Positions 9,869 to 19,658 of a stretch of DNA of 64,000 bases are shown here, piece after piece. Made by a program: the position numbers and the translations under genes. The stretch spans positions 115,966 to 179,965 of the forward strand of contig JBAZYF010000002.1 in NCBI GenBank assembly GCA_041659505.1. Direction: 5' to 3'. Position 1 is the stretch's first letter. Every line of letters begins with the position of its first letter. The notes under the pieces were generated by a model that did not search any database, was not told the origin of the DNA, and was given only the letters and a program-made list of their open reading frames with translations. The DNA comes from Parcubacteria group bacterium (lineage in GTDB: Bacteria > Patescibacteriota > Minisyncoccia > Moranbacterales > UBA2206).

Positions 9869-11281
9869 CTAAATTTTAGCCACCTCCCAATGCCCACCTT
9901 TGTCCGGACCGATGCGACGGATAGCCCCGGATTCTTTCAGTTTGGCGATATTTTTCTCCACTGCGCGAGATGAAATTCCCAGTTTTTCAGCCAGTTCATT
10001 TGCGCTTATCTCGTTTTGTTCTCGAATAATATTCAATATTTTCTCCGAACTTTTCTCCGAACTTTTCTCCGAACTTTTCTCCGAACTTTTCTCCACAATT
10101 TTCTGGGTAGTTTTCTCCAAACTTTTTCGCCTTGTTTCTTCAAATTCCTTACTTAAAATCGTAAAGCAAAAACCTCCAGAAGCCTCTTCGATAAAAGGTT
10201 CTGGCAAGCCATAGTCTTTGATTTGCTCGATAGCACGTTTAACTCCGCTTCCATACCGTTCAATCAGCCCGGCATCGCGAAAAATTTCCGCCACTAGCTT
10301 GTTGCGCGGTTTTGATTTTCGTCTTCCGGTTTTTACATCATCCAAAGTTAAATCAAACGGTAGCCAGCCACTATTCCAAAGTTCGAGCTTGTCGAAATAA
10401 ACTCGGAACTGAGAATGGGTTCCTTCTTGATAGTCTCTGTGAATTATCGCATTGATTACTATCTCTCGAATAGCGTCAATAGGATATTGCCATCGTTCTT
10501 CCCGCTGAGGATTGCCCGTAATAATGAATTCTTTCAGAATGTATGTTTTTATGAATTCCATCACTTCATCCACTTCGCTGATCAGATCCTGTCTGATTAT
10601 CCTGTCTTTCTTGATTGTGATATCGTCCTGAAATAGACCTATCTGGATATCGGTTTGCCGGGAAGGGACTTTCGCAAACAATAGCAAGCTGGCATTGGTC
10701 GGATATTCGTTACTATTTTCTTCCACTATTAAGGAATATTTGCGCAAAAAGCTAAAAGCATCACCCAAGTCAATCCCTAAATTTTTTTCGATCATACTCT
10801 TGATTTTCTCAATTTTTTCGGAGTCCAAATCATCCAGACTTTTTTCTTTGTTAGGATAAAAATCCCAACTGGAATTTTTTGTTCGCAAATACATCTCCGA
10901 TATTTCCTGCAAAGTCAAAAGATGATTGCCATTATTCTTTCGCTGATAGAACCTTCCTTTGAAAGACACGGGTTTCAAGGGAAATTCAGCCACCTCAAAG
11001 ACAACGACTATTTTATTGTCAATTACCTGCTTTTCAATCTCAACGCTCAAAAATGGTTGCGTTTTACTTCTAATTTCGCTAGCCCAACGCCCGATACTCT
11101 CCCGATTCAATTCCGTACCCTTGATTTTTTTATCATCAGACACGCCGACAATCACCACCCCGCCTTTACTATTAGCGAAAGCAACCAAACTGATAATCAC
11201 CTCGTCAGAAAAAGACAACTTTAATTCAACATTGGCATTTTCTCCGCCTGCTATTATCTTTTTTATGCTAATTTCATTCAT
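9869..11281 (-). CDS. AlbA_2 (Schlafen-like) + HATPase_c_4 + C-terminal wHTH protein (RecG C-terminal type)
   Basis: GENANVELK..AFANSKGGVVIVGVSD, REIVINAIIHRDY, RNKLVA..LIERYGSG and RIGPDKGGHW. Confidence 0.88.
   Translation of the reverse strand: MNEISIKKIIAGGENANVELKLSFSDEVIISLVAFANSKGGVVIVGVSDDKKIKGTELNRESIGRWASEIRSKTQPFLSVEIEKQVIDNKIVVVFEVAEFPLKPVSFKGRFYQRKNNGNHLLTLQEISEMYLRTKNSSWDFYPNKEKSLDDLDSEKIEKIKSMIEKNLGIDLGDAFSFLRKYSLIVEENSNEYPTNASLLLFAKVPSRQTDIQIGLFQDDITIKKDRIIRQDLISEVDEVMEFIKTYILKEFIITGNPQREERWQYPIDAIREIVINAIIHRDYQEGTHSQFRVYFDKLELWNSGWLPFDLTLDDVKTGRRKSKPRNKLVAEIFRDAGLIERYGSGVKRAIEQIKDYGLPEPFIEEASGGFCFTILSKEFEETRRKSLEKTTQKIVEKSSEKSSEKSSEKSSEKILNIIREQNEISANELAEKLGISSRAVEKNIAKLKESGAIRRIGPDKGGHWEVAKI
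10039..10122. repeat. 12-bp tandem repeat TTTTCTCCGAAC, 4 perfect plus 3 degenerate units (EKSS repeats)
   Basis: Read directly from the sequence; in frame in the linker before the wHTH. Confidence 0.95.
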
Positions 11282-11306
11282 AAGTTACAATATGACTGTC
11301 CCTAAT

Positions 11307-12308
11307 TTATCGCCGATATCCTTCCGGATACCCCGCATACCATTTGCGCAAACTTTCCACGCTTGCGACAAGACTTTTTTTCGGTTTCCACTTCAAGACT
11401 CGCATCGCTTTTTTGGGGTTAGCATAAATTTTGGCATATTCCCCTTTTCTGGCCGCCGCTTTTTTTCTTTCCAGTTTCAGACCGAAAATCTTTTCCACTT
11501 CACTGACAATTTCTTTCACTGAGTAGCCTTTGCCATTGCCCAAATTGAACACATCGCTTTTTCCGCCTTTTTCCAAATACTTCCAAGCGGAAAAATGCGC
11601 TTGAGCCAGATCTTCCACGTCAATATAATCGCGGATCGGCGTGCCATCTGGCGTTTTTACCTTGGCGCAAGTGAAGGCGAACGGTTCGATGCCCAGCGCT
11701 CCGCGCACGGCGTTTTGCATCAAAAGCTGAGACGGTTTTTTGCTGTCGCCGATCACTCCATCGCTCGAAGCTCCGCAAACATTGAAATAGCGTAAAATTA
11801 CAAAACGAAAAGCATGCACCTTGCTGTACCAAGCAAGCATCTTTTCTGTCATTAATTTTGACTCACCATAAGGATTGGTTGGATTTTGCGGATGTTTTTC
11901 ATCCACTGGAAGATAATTTGTCTCGCCATAAGTCGCGCAAGTGGAAGAAAAGATCAGTTTTTTCACTTTTGCTTTGCGCATTGCTTCAAACAAGTTAAAA
12001 CTACCCAGAACATTATTTTCAAAATACAGTTCGGGTTGCTCCATTGATTCGTTAACCAGACAGAGCGCCGCGAAATGGATAACGGCATCAAGCTTATGCT
12101 GTTTAAACACCTTTTCAATGTCAGCCGGCTGGCGCAAATCACCGCGTACAAAATCCAGCTTACCGATTTTTTTGAGAATTTCCAACGGTTCCCGAAATCC
12201 GCGCCCTAAACTATCAAATACCACCACCTCATAGCCTTGTTCCAAAAAAAATTTCACGGCATGACTACCGATATACCCCGCCCCGCCAGTAATTAATATT
12301 TTTGTCAT
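11307..12308 (-). CDS. galE: UDP-glucose 4-epimerase
   Basis: ITGGAGYIGSH, HFAA, NPYGESK, LRYFNVCGA and TPDGTPIRDYI; start refined to MTKILITGG. Confidence 0.93.
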   Translation of the reverse strand: MTKILITGGAGYIGSHAVKFFLEQGYEVVVFDSLGRGFREPLEILKKIGKLDFVRGDLRQPADIEKVFKQHKLDAVIHFAALCLVNESMEQPELYFENNVLGSFNLFEAMRKAKVKKLIFSSTCATYGETNYLPVDEKHPQNPTNPYGESKLMTEKMLAWYSKVHAFRFVILRYFNVCGASSDGVIGDSKKPSQLLMQNAVRGALGIEPFAFTCAKVKTPDGTPIRDYIDVEDLAQAHFSAWKYLEKGGKSDVFNLGNGKGYSVKEIVSEVEKIFGLKLERKKAAARKGEYAKIYANPKKAMRVLKWKPKKSLVASVESLRKWYAGYPEGYRR

Positions 12309-12336
12309 ATTATTAATTTTAGCACATCCCATCCAA

Positions 12337-13182
12337 TTAATGCACCAGATAATACATTTTTAGCATCACACGAAAAAACCAATTGACCTGCTCCGCCACA
12401 AAATCATTCGGCAACGTCAGGATGGCGGTTTGCGTATCCTCCGCCTTTTTGATCGTTTCAATTTCGGCCGGAGAAAACTGAGCCGGAAATTTTAATAGCA
12501 AATTTTTCATGTTATTACTATTATTTTTCACCTCACGCGTCCAATAGGATTTTCCATCTACGCGGTGAAAATACTTCGTGCCTTTTACTATGCTAAATTC
12601 ATACCCAGCTAGAAAAGCTTTGTAACCAAAAGACCAGGATTCAAGAGCGCCAAATTCCGTTTCATAGCCACCAACTTTTTCAAAAACCGCCCGGCGAAAA
12701 AGATAGTTTCCGTCCACGACCGGATGAAAGGAAGTTTTGCGCAGGTCGCCAAAGACCATCTTGTCTTTCAGAAATAACCAGTGTTTATAGATCAGATCCA
12801 GTCCCAAAAAGTCATAGAAAAAACAGATATTTTGAAAAGTGATTAAGTTGTCCTTTTCTGTCACAGCAGATAACAGTTGGTAGAAAGATTTTTTGTCCAA
12901 GTAGTTATCCGAGTCGATGAGAAAAAACCAATCGGCCGTAGCTAATTTGGCACATTCATTGCGCGTAAATCCCCCACCGCGATTTTCCGAATTCTTGCCA
13001 ATCCTGACATTTTGCGGATATTTTTGAGCATACGCTTTTAGAAGATTATAAGTACCGTCTTTCGAACCGTCATCCACCATACAAATTTCAAACTCCGGAA
13101 GTTTCAGATCGATTATTGAATTGACAGTGTCGTCAAGTGTTTTTTCACAGTTATAGCACGGGATAATAAAAGAAATTTTCAT
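12337..13182 (-). CDS. GT2 glycosyltransferase
   Basis: SFIIPCYN, VDDGSKDGT and IDSD. Confidence 0.9.
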   Translation of the reverse strand: MKISFIIPCYNCEKTLDDTVNSIIDLKLPEFEICMVDDGSKDGTYNLLKAYAQKYPQNVRIGKNSENRGGGFTRNECAKLATADWFFLIDSDNYLDKKSFYQLLSAVTEKDNLITFQNICFFYDFLGLDLIYKHWLFLKDKMVFGDLRKTSFHPVVDGNYLFRRAVFEKVGGYETEFGALESWSFGYKAFLAGYEFSIVKGTKYFHRVDGKSYWTREVKNNSNNMKNLLLKFPAQFSPAEIETIKKAEDTQTAILTLPNDFVAEQVNWFFRVMLKMYYLVH

Positions 13183-14360
13183 TGTTGATTAATAAGTCTA
13201 ATTAAATTTTCCTCAAAAATATCCTCCCAATCAAATTCCTTAGCATATGCGATTGCATTTTTGCGATACTCTTGCAAAGTTTTTTCATCTTTGAGAAGCG
13301 CAATTATTTTCTCCGCGATTTCCTCCTTGTCTTGACTAATCACAAATCCGCAACGCCTTTTCTCAATTTCCCTGGCATTGTGCGCCACGTCAGAGAGCAA
13401 AATTGGTAGCCCGCCCGCCAGATAAGCTTTGACCTTTCCCGGATCAGAAAAATTGGTAAAACTCAAGGCGCCACTTTCGTCATATTTTTCGTACAGCGCC
13501 ACGGCCGCCGCACATTTGGAAAGCATTTTTTCCACCTCGCTATGCTTTTCCACGTAACCCACAAACTCCACGTTCTTTCCTATATCCAATTTTTTAGTTT
13601 GCTTTTTTAATGCTTCCAGATAGCTTCCATCGCCGATTACTAAAAACTGAAAATCGGGCAACTGTCCGATTACGGCAGGCACTGCCCTCAAGGCATACTG
13701 CACTCCCTGCTTTTCCAAAATATGCCCCATAAACACCAGGGTGTGTTTTTCAATTTGAGAAAAATCCAGACGCGGAAAACGGGAAAACCAAATGCCGATC
13801 GGAACGGTGATTTGATTGCCACCGGAAAAGCCGAAATATTCTTTTCGCGCCTGCGCCATCCGCGGAGAGAGATTCCACGTTTCATCAGCATGCCGCACAC
13901 AAAACTGATCCAGTTTATGATAGAAATAATTGAGAATTTTAATATCAAATCTTTTGGGATTATAATCTATCACGTAGTAGATCACTTTTTTGGTTTTGCC
14001 GAAAAAGCGCAAAACTATGCCGGAAAAAGCATTGAGATTATCGCAACCGATAAACAGATCGCTCTTGGGCATTTTTTGCCAGGTCCAAAAAATATTCAGC
14101 GCGATGTCGATTGAATAGACCAACAGGGCGAAATTCTTTTTGATCTTACGATACTTTTCTTCTTTTAACTCCCCCTTTTCATAAACCTCATATCCAGAAC
14201 CGGACAATTTTTCATCCCAAAAAAGCGGATGCCCGATAAACAAAAGCTTGCCGACACTATTATTCAGCAAATATTCCCGCAAATCCTGCGCCGGACCGGT
14301 CGCATAGACATGCGTGGCAATGACAATATTTTTAGCTTTCAGTTCTAGCATTATTTTCAC
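13179..14360 (-). CDS. GT4 glycosyltransferase
   Basis: FMGHILEKQG, IGDG and PGKVKAYLAGGLP; true start may be ATG 14351. Confidence 0.85.
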   Translation of the reverse strand: MKIMLELKAKNIVIATHVYATGPAQDLREYLLNNSVGKLLFIGHPLFWDEKLSGSGYEVYEKGELKEEKYRKIKKNFALLVYSIDIALNIFWTWQKMPKSDLFIGCDNLNAFSGIVLRFFGKTKKVIYYVIDYNPKRFDIKILNYFYHKLDQFCVRHADETWNLSPRMAQARKEYFGFSGGNQITVPIGIWFSRFPRLDFSQIEKHTLVFMGHILEKQGVQYALRAVPAVIGQLPDFQFLVIGDGSYLEALKKQTKKLDIGKNVEFVGYVEKHSEVEKMLSKCAAAVALYEKYDESGALSFTNFSDPGKVKAYLAGGLPILLSDVAHNAREIEKRRCGFVISQDKEEIAEKIIALLKDEKTLQEYRKNAIAYAKEFDWEDIFEENLIRLINQQ

Positions 14361-14389
14361 GACTTACGCATTTGCCCAAGTCAGCCATA
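14351..14389. repeat. GACTTACGC-family element, partial copy
   Basis: 36/39 identity to 56471-56509. Confidence 0.8.
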
Positions 14390-14459
14390 TTTTCTCTCTT
14401 ACTATTTTAACATAACATATCGCAACGTGCCAAAAATTTCAAAATTAGCGTTTCGATTA

Positions 14460-15209
14460 TTATTTTTTACTTATCGCAAGCAAAACCGGACGATTTTTTC
14501 GCGGTGTCGCGCCTTGCGAGATAAAAAAAACATACCAAACCAGATCGACCAGCTTAGTGATCAGGGGCAATATGATTTTTTTCAGCAGTTTTCCCATAAA
14601 CCGCTTATCATCAGGCGCATAAGCCACCAATTCCTCAATCGCAATATTTTTCGCCTCAAATCCGGACAAAAGCAAAACTTCCCGCATTGATTCGGGAGTA
14701 TAGAGAATTTCGTGGGTGATGTCCGTATAGCGATCATGCATTCCTCCGATAGCATTATTGCCATTGGGAATATTGACGATCAACTTTCCGCCGGCTTTGA
14801 GCGCATCTTTCAAAATACTCAAGAACGGCACTATCTGTTTTTTTTCAATATGCTCCACCACATGATAGATAGTGATCACATCAAAAAAATCCGCCCTATC
14901 TTTCAGATACTCTTCGGCAGAAATTTTTTCTACCACAAAACCTTGCTTTTCGCAAAAAGCCACGCACTCAGGAGAGATGTCGATCCCCTTGATATTTCGA
15001 TAGCCCAGCTTGGAAAAAGTATGCAGATTTTGCCCCAATCCGCAACCGATGTCCAGAAACCGGCTTTCCTTATTTTCAGGCAAAGCTGCGCCAATATACT
15101 TTTTGTTCCAAAAATAGAGCCGTTCATACTCTTCGTCGATGTTATTTTCCCGCTCCGAAGAAGAATAGATCAGTGACATATAGTTTTCAAATATTTCTTT
15201 TTTCGGCAT
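14460..15209 (-). CDS. Class I SAM-dependent methyltransferase
   Basis: FLDIGCGLG, GIDIS and HVVEHI. Confidence 0.9.
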   Translation of the reverse strand: MPKKEIFENYMSLIYSSSERENNIDEEYERLYFWNKKYIGAALPENKESRFLDIGCGLGQNLHTFSKLGYRNIKGIDISPECVAFCEKQGFVVEKISAEEYLKDRADFFDVITIYHVVEHIEKKQIVPFLSILKDALKAGGKLIVNIPNGNNAIGGMHDRYTDITHEILYTPESMREVLLLSGFEAKNIAIEELVAYAPDDKRFMGKLLKKIILPLITKLVDLVWYVFFISQGATPRKNRPVLLAISKK

Positions 15210-16356
15210 ATTGTTCCGCGATTAAATTTAGATACTGCCTGGCAATCTTTTTCGGCTCAACGCATCTGCTGAGTTGCTCTCTCTGCTCACCTGTTTTTAT
15301 TTTGGCATTTTCATAGTTTTGCATAATGGATTCTATTTTTTCCATAAACTCATTTTCATTATTCTGTTCGATAACAATATTGTCATAATCCGGAAATGTT
15401 TTCAGATACTGCGACACTCCGCAATTCCTCGTCACGATCGTCGGCACATTCAAAAAAATCGCCTCTACGGCCGTATAGAGGAAGGCTTCAAATTGGGAGG
15501 GTAAGACGACTATTTTTGCGTTTCTGATGATTGCTGAACGCCTCGCCTTCTCTCCAGTGTAGCCAAAAAAAATCACTTGACTATTCCCGCGAAAATAGCT
15601 GGCTAGTTTCTCAAGATCAGCTCCTAAGATAACAAAATACATGTAGGGGTAGGTGGCTAATATTTTTGCTATTATTCTTTTCAAAACCTCACCGCCTTTC
15701 TTTTTCTGCACGCTTCCATAGAAAAGAAAATACTCCTTGCCTCGAAGATTCTCCGGAAAATCCTCATCACCAAGCTCAACATTTTCCAATGCGGCAGGAA
15801 GTGGAGCGATATTCATTTTGGAAAAATCAATGTTCCACAGAAAAAAAGAATAAACACCCATAAGCGAAGAACTGGTTAGAATCACCCGGGCTCTTTTAAC
15901 AATGAACTTCTCAAAAAAATTCAGAACGGAGCGAAAAATGAAATATTTCAGACCGCGCCTTCTTTCCAAGGCATACACTTCATGACTCGTCCCATGCAAC
16001 CGCGCGAGATAGTGATACTTTTTTCCCAAGAGCATTTTAGCTAAGATACAATAACCGCCAAAAACTTCATCTTCAATAACATCGTAATTTTGATAATTTT
16101 TTAAAAGCCAGCGAGAAGTGGCCCAATGAACGCCTAGCAGATTTTTCCGATTAGCTTTCACCCTAATCACTTCCACTCCGTCTTCCATCCCTCTCTTGTT
16201 TTTTTCAAAAGAAACCGCCAACACAGAAACACAGATTGATGGATCGCAACTTTTAATCGCTCTCGCCATCTCGTACACATATGTTCCGATGCCCCCCGCT
16301 CCGGTTTCTGGCGGATATTCAGGGGAGATAAATAATATGCTTTTCATAAAAAACAT
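15187..16356 (-). CDS. GT4 glycosyltransferase
   Basis: EYPPETGAGGIGTY, KKKG and PSQFEAFLYTAVEA. Confidence 0.88.
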   Translation of the reverse strand: MFFMKSILFISPEYPPETGAGGIGTYVYEMARAIKSCDPSICVSVLAVSFEKNKRGMEDGVEVIRVKANRKNLLGVHWATSRWLLKNYQNYDVIEDEVFGGYCILAKMLLGKKYHYLARLHGTSHEVYALERRRGLKYFIFRSVLNFFEKFIVKRARVILTSSSLMGVYSFFLWNIDFSKMNIAPLPAALENVELGDEDFPENLRGKEYFLFYGSVQKKKGGEVLKRIIAKILATYPYMYFVILGADLEKLASYFRGNSQVIFFGYTGEKARRSAIIRNAKIVVLPSQFEAFLYTAVEAIFLNVPTIVTRNCGVSQYLKTFPDYDNIVIEQNNENEFMEKIESIMQNYENAKIKTGEQREQLSRCVEPKKIARQYLNLIAEQYAEKRNI

Positions 16357-16359
16357 AAT

Positions 16360-18204
16360 TTAGCCTAAAAAATACTTCTTATGCCAATAATTAAAATTAA
16401 ACACTCGCAAAAGCTTAAAGCGATGATCGGCTTTGCCGTTCATATGTTCGGTGTGCATCAATTTCACATATTCCAGATCAAAAAATCCGTTATCGTGAAA
16501 TAAATACTCCTGAAATAAATCTTTCAATTCGTTTCGAATCCACTTGTCCAATGGTACACCAAAACCGCTTTTTTTCCTATAGATCAGGTCTTTGTCGAAA
16601 TATTTGCTCGCCAATTTCTTTAAAACATACTTTTGCTCGCCGTTTCTGATTTTCCAATTTCCCGAAAGCGAAAAAGCAAATTCCGCCAAATCCTTATCCA
16701 AAAGTGGATTGCGCATCTCAAGCGCTGTCGCCATTGTCGCCCGATCTCCTTTCACAAGATACCAATCAGGCAATTGAATTTTGCAATCAAGAAATAAGCT
16801 TTTATTGATTGCGTCTTTTTGTCCAAAAGTATTTTCATATTTTCGCGCTTCTGCAAAAATTGACTTCAAGCTTATCGGTTTTTTCAATAATTTTTCCGCT
16901 TCTTCCGGCAGAAAACTGCCACTGCCAAAAATAAACTGCCTTTGGGAAAAATCTAACCCAAAACTGTCAAGTAATTTGTGATAAGGATTATTTTTAGGGG
17001 TTATTTTTTTTCCGATACTCGCCAAAAAACTCAAATAGCGATTATTTTCAATAAACTCTTGCGCTTTGTATTTTGAATACCCCCCAAAAAGCTCATCTCC
17101 GCCGTCGCCACTTAAAACTACTGTGATTTTATCTTTGGCAAATTTGGAAACAAAATAGAGTGGAATAATTGCCGCGTCTGCCATTGGCTCGTCCAAATAA
17201 TCCAAAATTTCCAAAAAATTTTCCCGCACGAGCTGGTCTTCAAAGTAGCAAAGATTATAGTTTATGCCAAGTTTTGACGCCACCCGCTGAGCATACTCCG
17301 ATTCGTCCGCTTCCTTGGAATTTTTGTAGCACACCGTGAAAGAATTCACTTGCGGAGAAAAATCGGAAAGATATTTCGTGATTAGACTGCTATCCACTCC
17401 CCCGCTTAGAAAAACGCCAAGTGGCACATCTGACATTAGTCTTTTTTCGACTGATTTTTTGATCAAATCCTCTGTTTTGGCCAGTACCTCGTTTTCTGAA
17501 TAATTATTATTTATTTTAATTTCTTCCAGCTTCCAAAAATCGTACTTATTAATTATTTTCCATTTTTTCAGATCAAACTGAAAAGTAGTTGCCGGTTCCA
17601 GTTTTTTTATTTTATCTAAAATACTATTAGGCGAAGGAATGTAACCATAAAACAGATATTTTGCCAAAGACAACTCGTCGATCTTTAATTTTTGTTTAAT
17701 TTCGGGATTTTTAATGATGGCCTTTAGCTCAGATGCGAAGCAAAAAATTTCTTCGTCTAAATAGTAATACAACGGTTTTTTGCCGAAATGATCGCGCGCT
17801 AGTGTCAAGAGATTATTTTTCCGATCATAAATAGCAAACGCAAACATCCCCTCAATTTTTTCCACAATTTTTTGCCCAAATTCCTCATAGCCATGAATCA
17901 AAATTTCCGTGTCCGATTTGCTTTTCCATTGGTAACTTGTTCCTAATTCTTTTTTGATAGTTTGGTAATTATAGATTTCGCCATTGAAAATTATAGCGAC
18001 ACTTCCATCTTCATTAAACATCGGTTGTCTTCCTGCCTGCGAAAGATCGATGATGGAAAGCCGTCTTTGCCCTAAGGCAAGATTATTAATAAAAAAATCA
18101 CCCGATTGGTCGGGGCCTCTTTTTTTGAGCGTTTCAAGCATTTCCAAAAACAACTCTCGATTTACCGGAGTGCTTCTATTTAGTTGTCCTAAAATTCCAC
18201 ACAT
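16360..18204 (-). CDS. asnB: Asparagine synthase-type glutamine amidotransferase, probably a sugar amidating enzyme
   Basis: N-terminal MCGI, RGPD, RLSIIDL, NGEIYN, FLSGGVDSS and LSGDGGDELFGGY. Confidence 0.95.
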   Translation of the reverse strand: MCGILGQLNRSTPVNRELFLEMLETLKKRGPDQSGDFFINNLALGQRRLSIIDLSQAGRQPMFNEDGSVAIIFNGEIYNYQTIKKELGTSYQWKSKSDTEILIHGYEEFGQKIVEKIEGMFAFAIYDRKNNLLTLARDHFGKKPLYYYLDEEIFCFASELKAIIKNPEIKQKLKIDELSLAKYLFYGYIPSPNSILDKIKKLEPATTFQFDLKKWKIINKYDFWKLEEIKINNNYSENEVLAKTEDLIKKSVEKRLMSDVPLGVFLSGGVDSSLITKYLSDFSPQVNSFTVCYKNSKEADESEYAQRVASKLGINYNLCYFEDQLVRENFLEILDYLDEPMADAAIIPLYFVSKFAKDKITVVLSGDGGDELFGGYSKYKAQEFIENNRYLSFLASIGKKITPKNNPYHKLLDSFGLDFSQRQFIFGSGSFLPEEAEKLLKKPISLKSIFAEARKYENTFGQKDAINKSLFLDCKIQLPDWYLVKGDRATMATALEMRNPLLDKDLAEFAFSLSGNWKIRNGEQKYVLKKLASKYFDKDLIYRKKSGFGVPLDKWIRNELKDLFQEYLFHDNGFFDLEYVKLMHTEHMNGKADHRFKLLRVFNFNYWHKKYFLG

Positions 18205-19143
18205 CTATTTTTTTAATGAATTCACCAGCCTTCCGGTAAAAAAATACCTTATTCCATCAAAAAAACCGTCCCAGTATAACCCCACCAAATCAAATCGTTT
18301 TTCTCTTAGCATAAACAACGAATAAATCAATGGCCAAACCCAAGAAAAAAATAACAAATAACCGGTTTTTTGAAACAAATTGCCATGTCTAACAATAATC
18401 ACAGTTCTGTTTCTCATGAGACAATACGCTTTTTGCTTGAACTTGCCTCCTAGGGCGCGCGCGGTTTTATTATCTGCCAGAGTAACATTGTGATATATTT
18501 TTGCTTTTTTTAACATTCCGCATTTATAGCCATATCTTCCCGCCCTAAAAGCAAAATCTGACTCGGCAAAGGTTTGAATCAACTCTTCGTCAAAAAGACC
18601 ACAATTCTCAAAGACCTCTCTCTTGATAAGAAAAGCATTTGGAACGCCATCACTCTCACAAACGGCATGATTTGTTTCGTCAATCATACCGGATGTTTTT
18701 CCGGTAAATAGATTAATTTTTTGAAAATCCAAATATTTCTGTTTTGTCTTAAGATAATACATCGTCGGACCCACTATTCCATATACACTATTCGTTAAAG
18801 CAAAATCAAAAAGCACCCGAATCATCTCACGATCCAAAATATTGTCATCATCAATGAACAAGATAAATCTGCCGGATGATTTCTCATACCCCATATTTCT
18901 CGCTCTCGCTGTCATTTGCTGAACACTATTGTGGATAATTTTTCCATTGGCAACTTCCAGATCCGCAAGTTCGAATTTCTCAGTGCCATCATTTGAATTA
19001 TCATCAACTACGATGATTTCCCATGTCCCAATATCATGCTGGGAAGCATTGATCGATTTAATACAGCTCAATAATTCGCTTTTCCTATTTCTAGTTGTTA
19101 TAATGATAGATAAATCCATCTTGTTTATGATTGGCTTAATCAA
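18205..19143 (-). CDS. GT2 glycosyltransferase (paralog of 8958-9857)
   Basis: SIIITTRNR, VVDDNSNDGT and FIDDD; likely start MDLS at 19119. Confidence 0.9.
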   Translation of the reverse strand: MIKPIINKMDLSIIITTRNRKSELLSCIKSINASQHDIGTWEIIVVDDNSNDGTEKFELADLEVANGKIIHNSVQQMTARARNMGYEKSSGRFILFIDDDNILDREMIRVLFDFALTNSVYGIVGPTMYYLKTKQKYLDFQKINLFTGKTSGMIDETNHAVCESDGVPNAFLIKREVFENCGLFDEELIQTFAESDFAFRAGRYGYKCGMLKKAKIYHNVTLADNKTARALGGKFKQKAYCLMRNRTVIIVRHGNLFQKTGYLLFFSWVWPLIYSLFMLREKRFDLVGLYWDGFFDGIRYFFTGRLVNSLKK

Positions 19144-19627
19144 ATCTGTTTCTTATAAAGCGTGCCGGCACTCCTGCGACAATTGAGTATGGCTCAACAT
19201 TTTTCGTCACAACTGCGTTAGCACCCACAATCGCACCCGTTCCGATGGTCACGCCAGGCGACACAACCACATTCACGCCTAGCCACACATCATCCTCAAT
19301 TACAACCGACCCTCTCTTTTCTCCTTGAAACATCATAGGAACTTCTTTTTTTTCAAATTTGTGATGGGAAGTTAAGATGCTACAATTCGAAGCAATCATC
19401 ACATTGTTGCCAATTTTCAGCCCCCCCTGACCGGATATCGTGGAATTACGATTAATTGTAACACAATTTCCCAGCTCAATTCCCGCCGGACTCATCAGAT
19501 AGCAACCCTTTGCGATAAAAACTCTTTTCCCGATTTTCTTGCAAAAGAGACCCCAAAAAGCCGCACGCATTCTGGCGACTGAAAATACCGTTTCATTAAA
19601 AATTTTTTGCAAAATAGCAACCAGCAT
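19136..19627 (-). CDS. Hexapeptide-repeat (LbH) acyltransferase
   Basis: VVIEDDVWLG..PGVTIGTGAIVGANAVVTKNV..VAGVPAR. Confidence 0.92.
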   Translation of the reverse strand: MLVAILQKIFNETVFSVARMRAAFWGLFCKKIGKRVFIAKGCYLMSPAGIELGNCVTINRNSTISGQGGLKIGNNVMIASNCSILTSHHKFEKKEVPMMFQGEKRGSVVIEDDVWLGVNVVVSPGVTIGTGAIVGANAVVTKNVEPYSIVAGVPARFIRNRFD

Positions 19628-19658
19628 TATCTGTTTTTTATTCCGATTTAATCCATAT

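Noticed and set aside
11291-11308. GACTGTCCCTAATTT as a REP-like remnant
   Set aside because: Single copy with no partner arm in the window.
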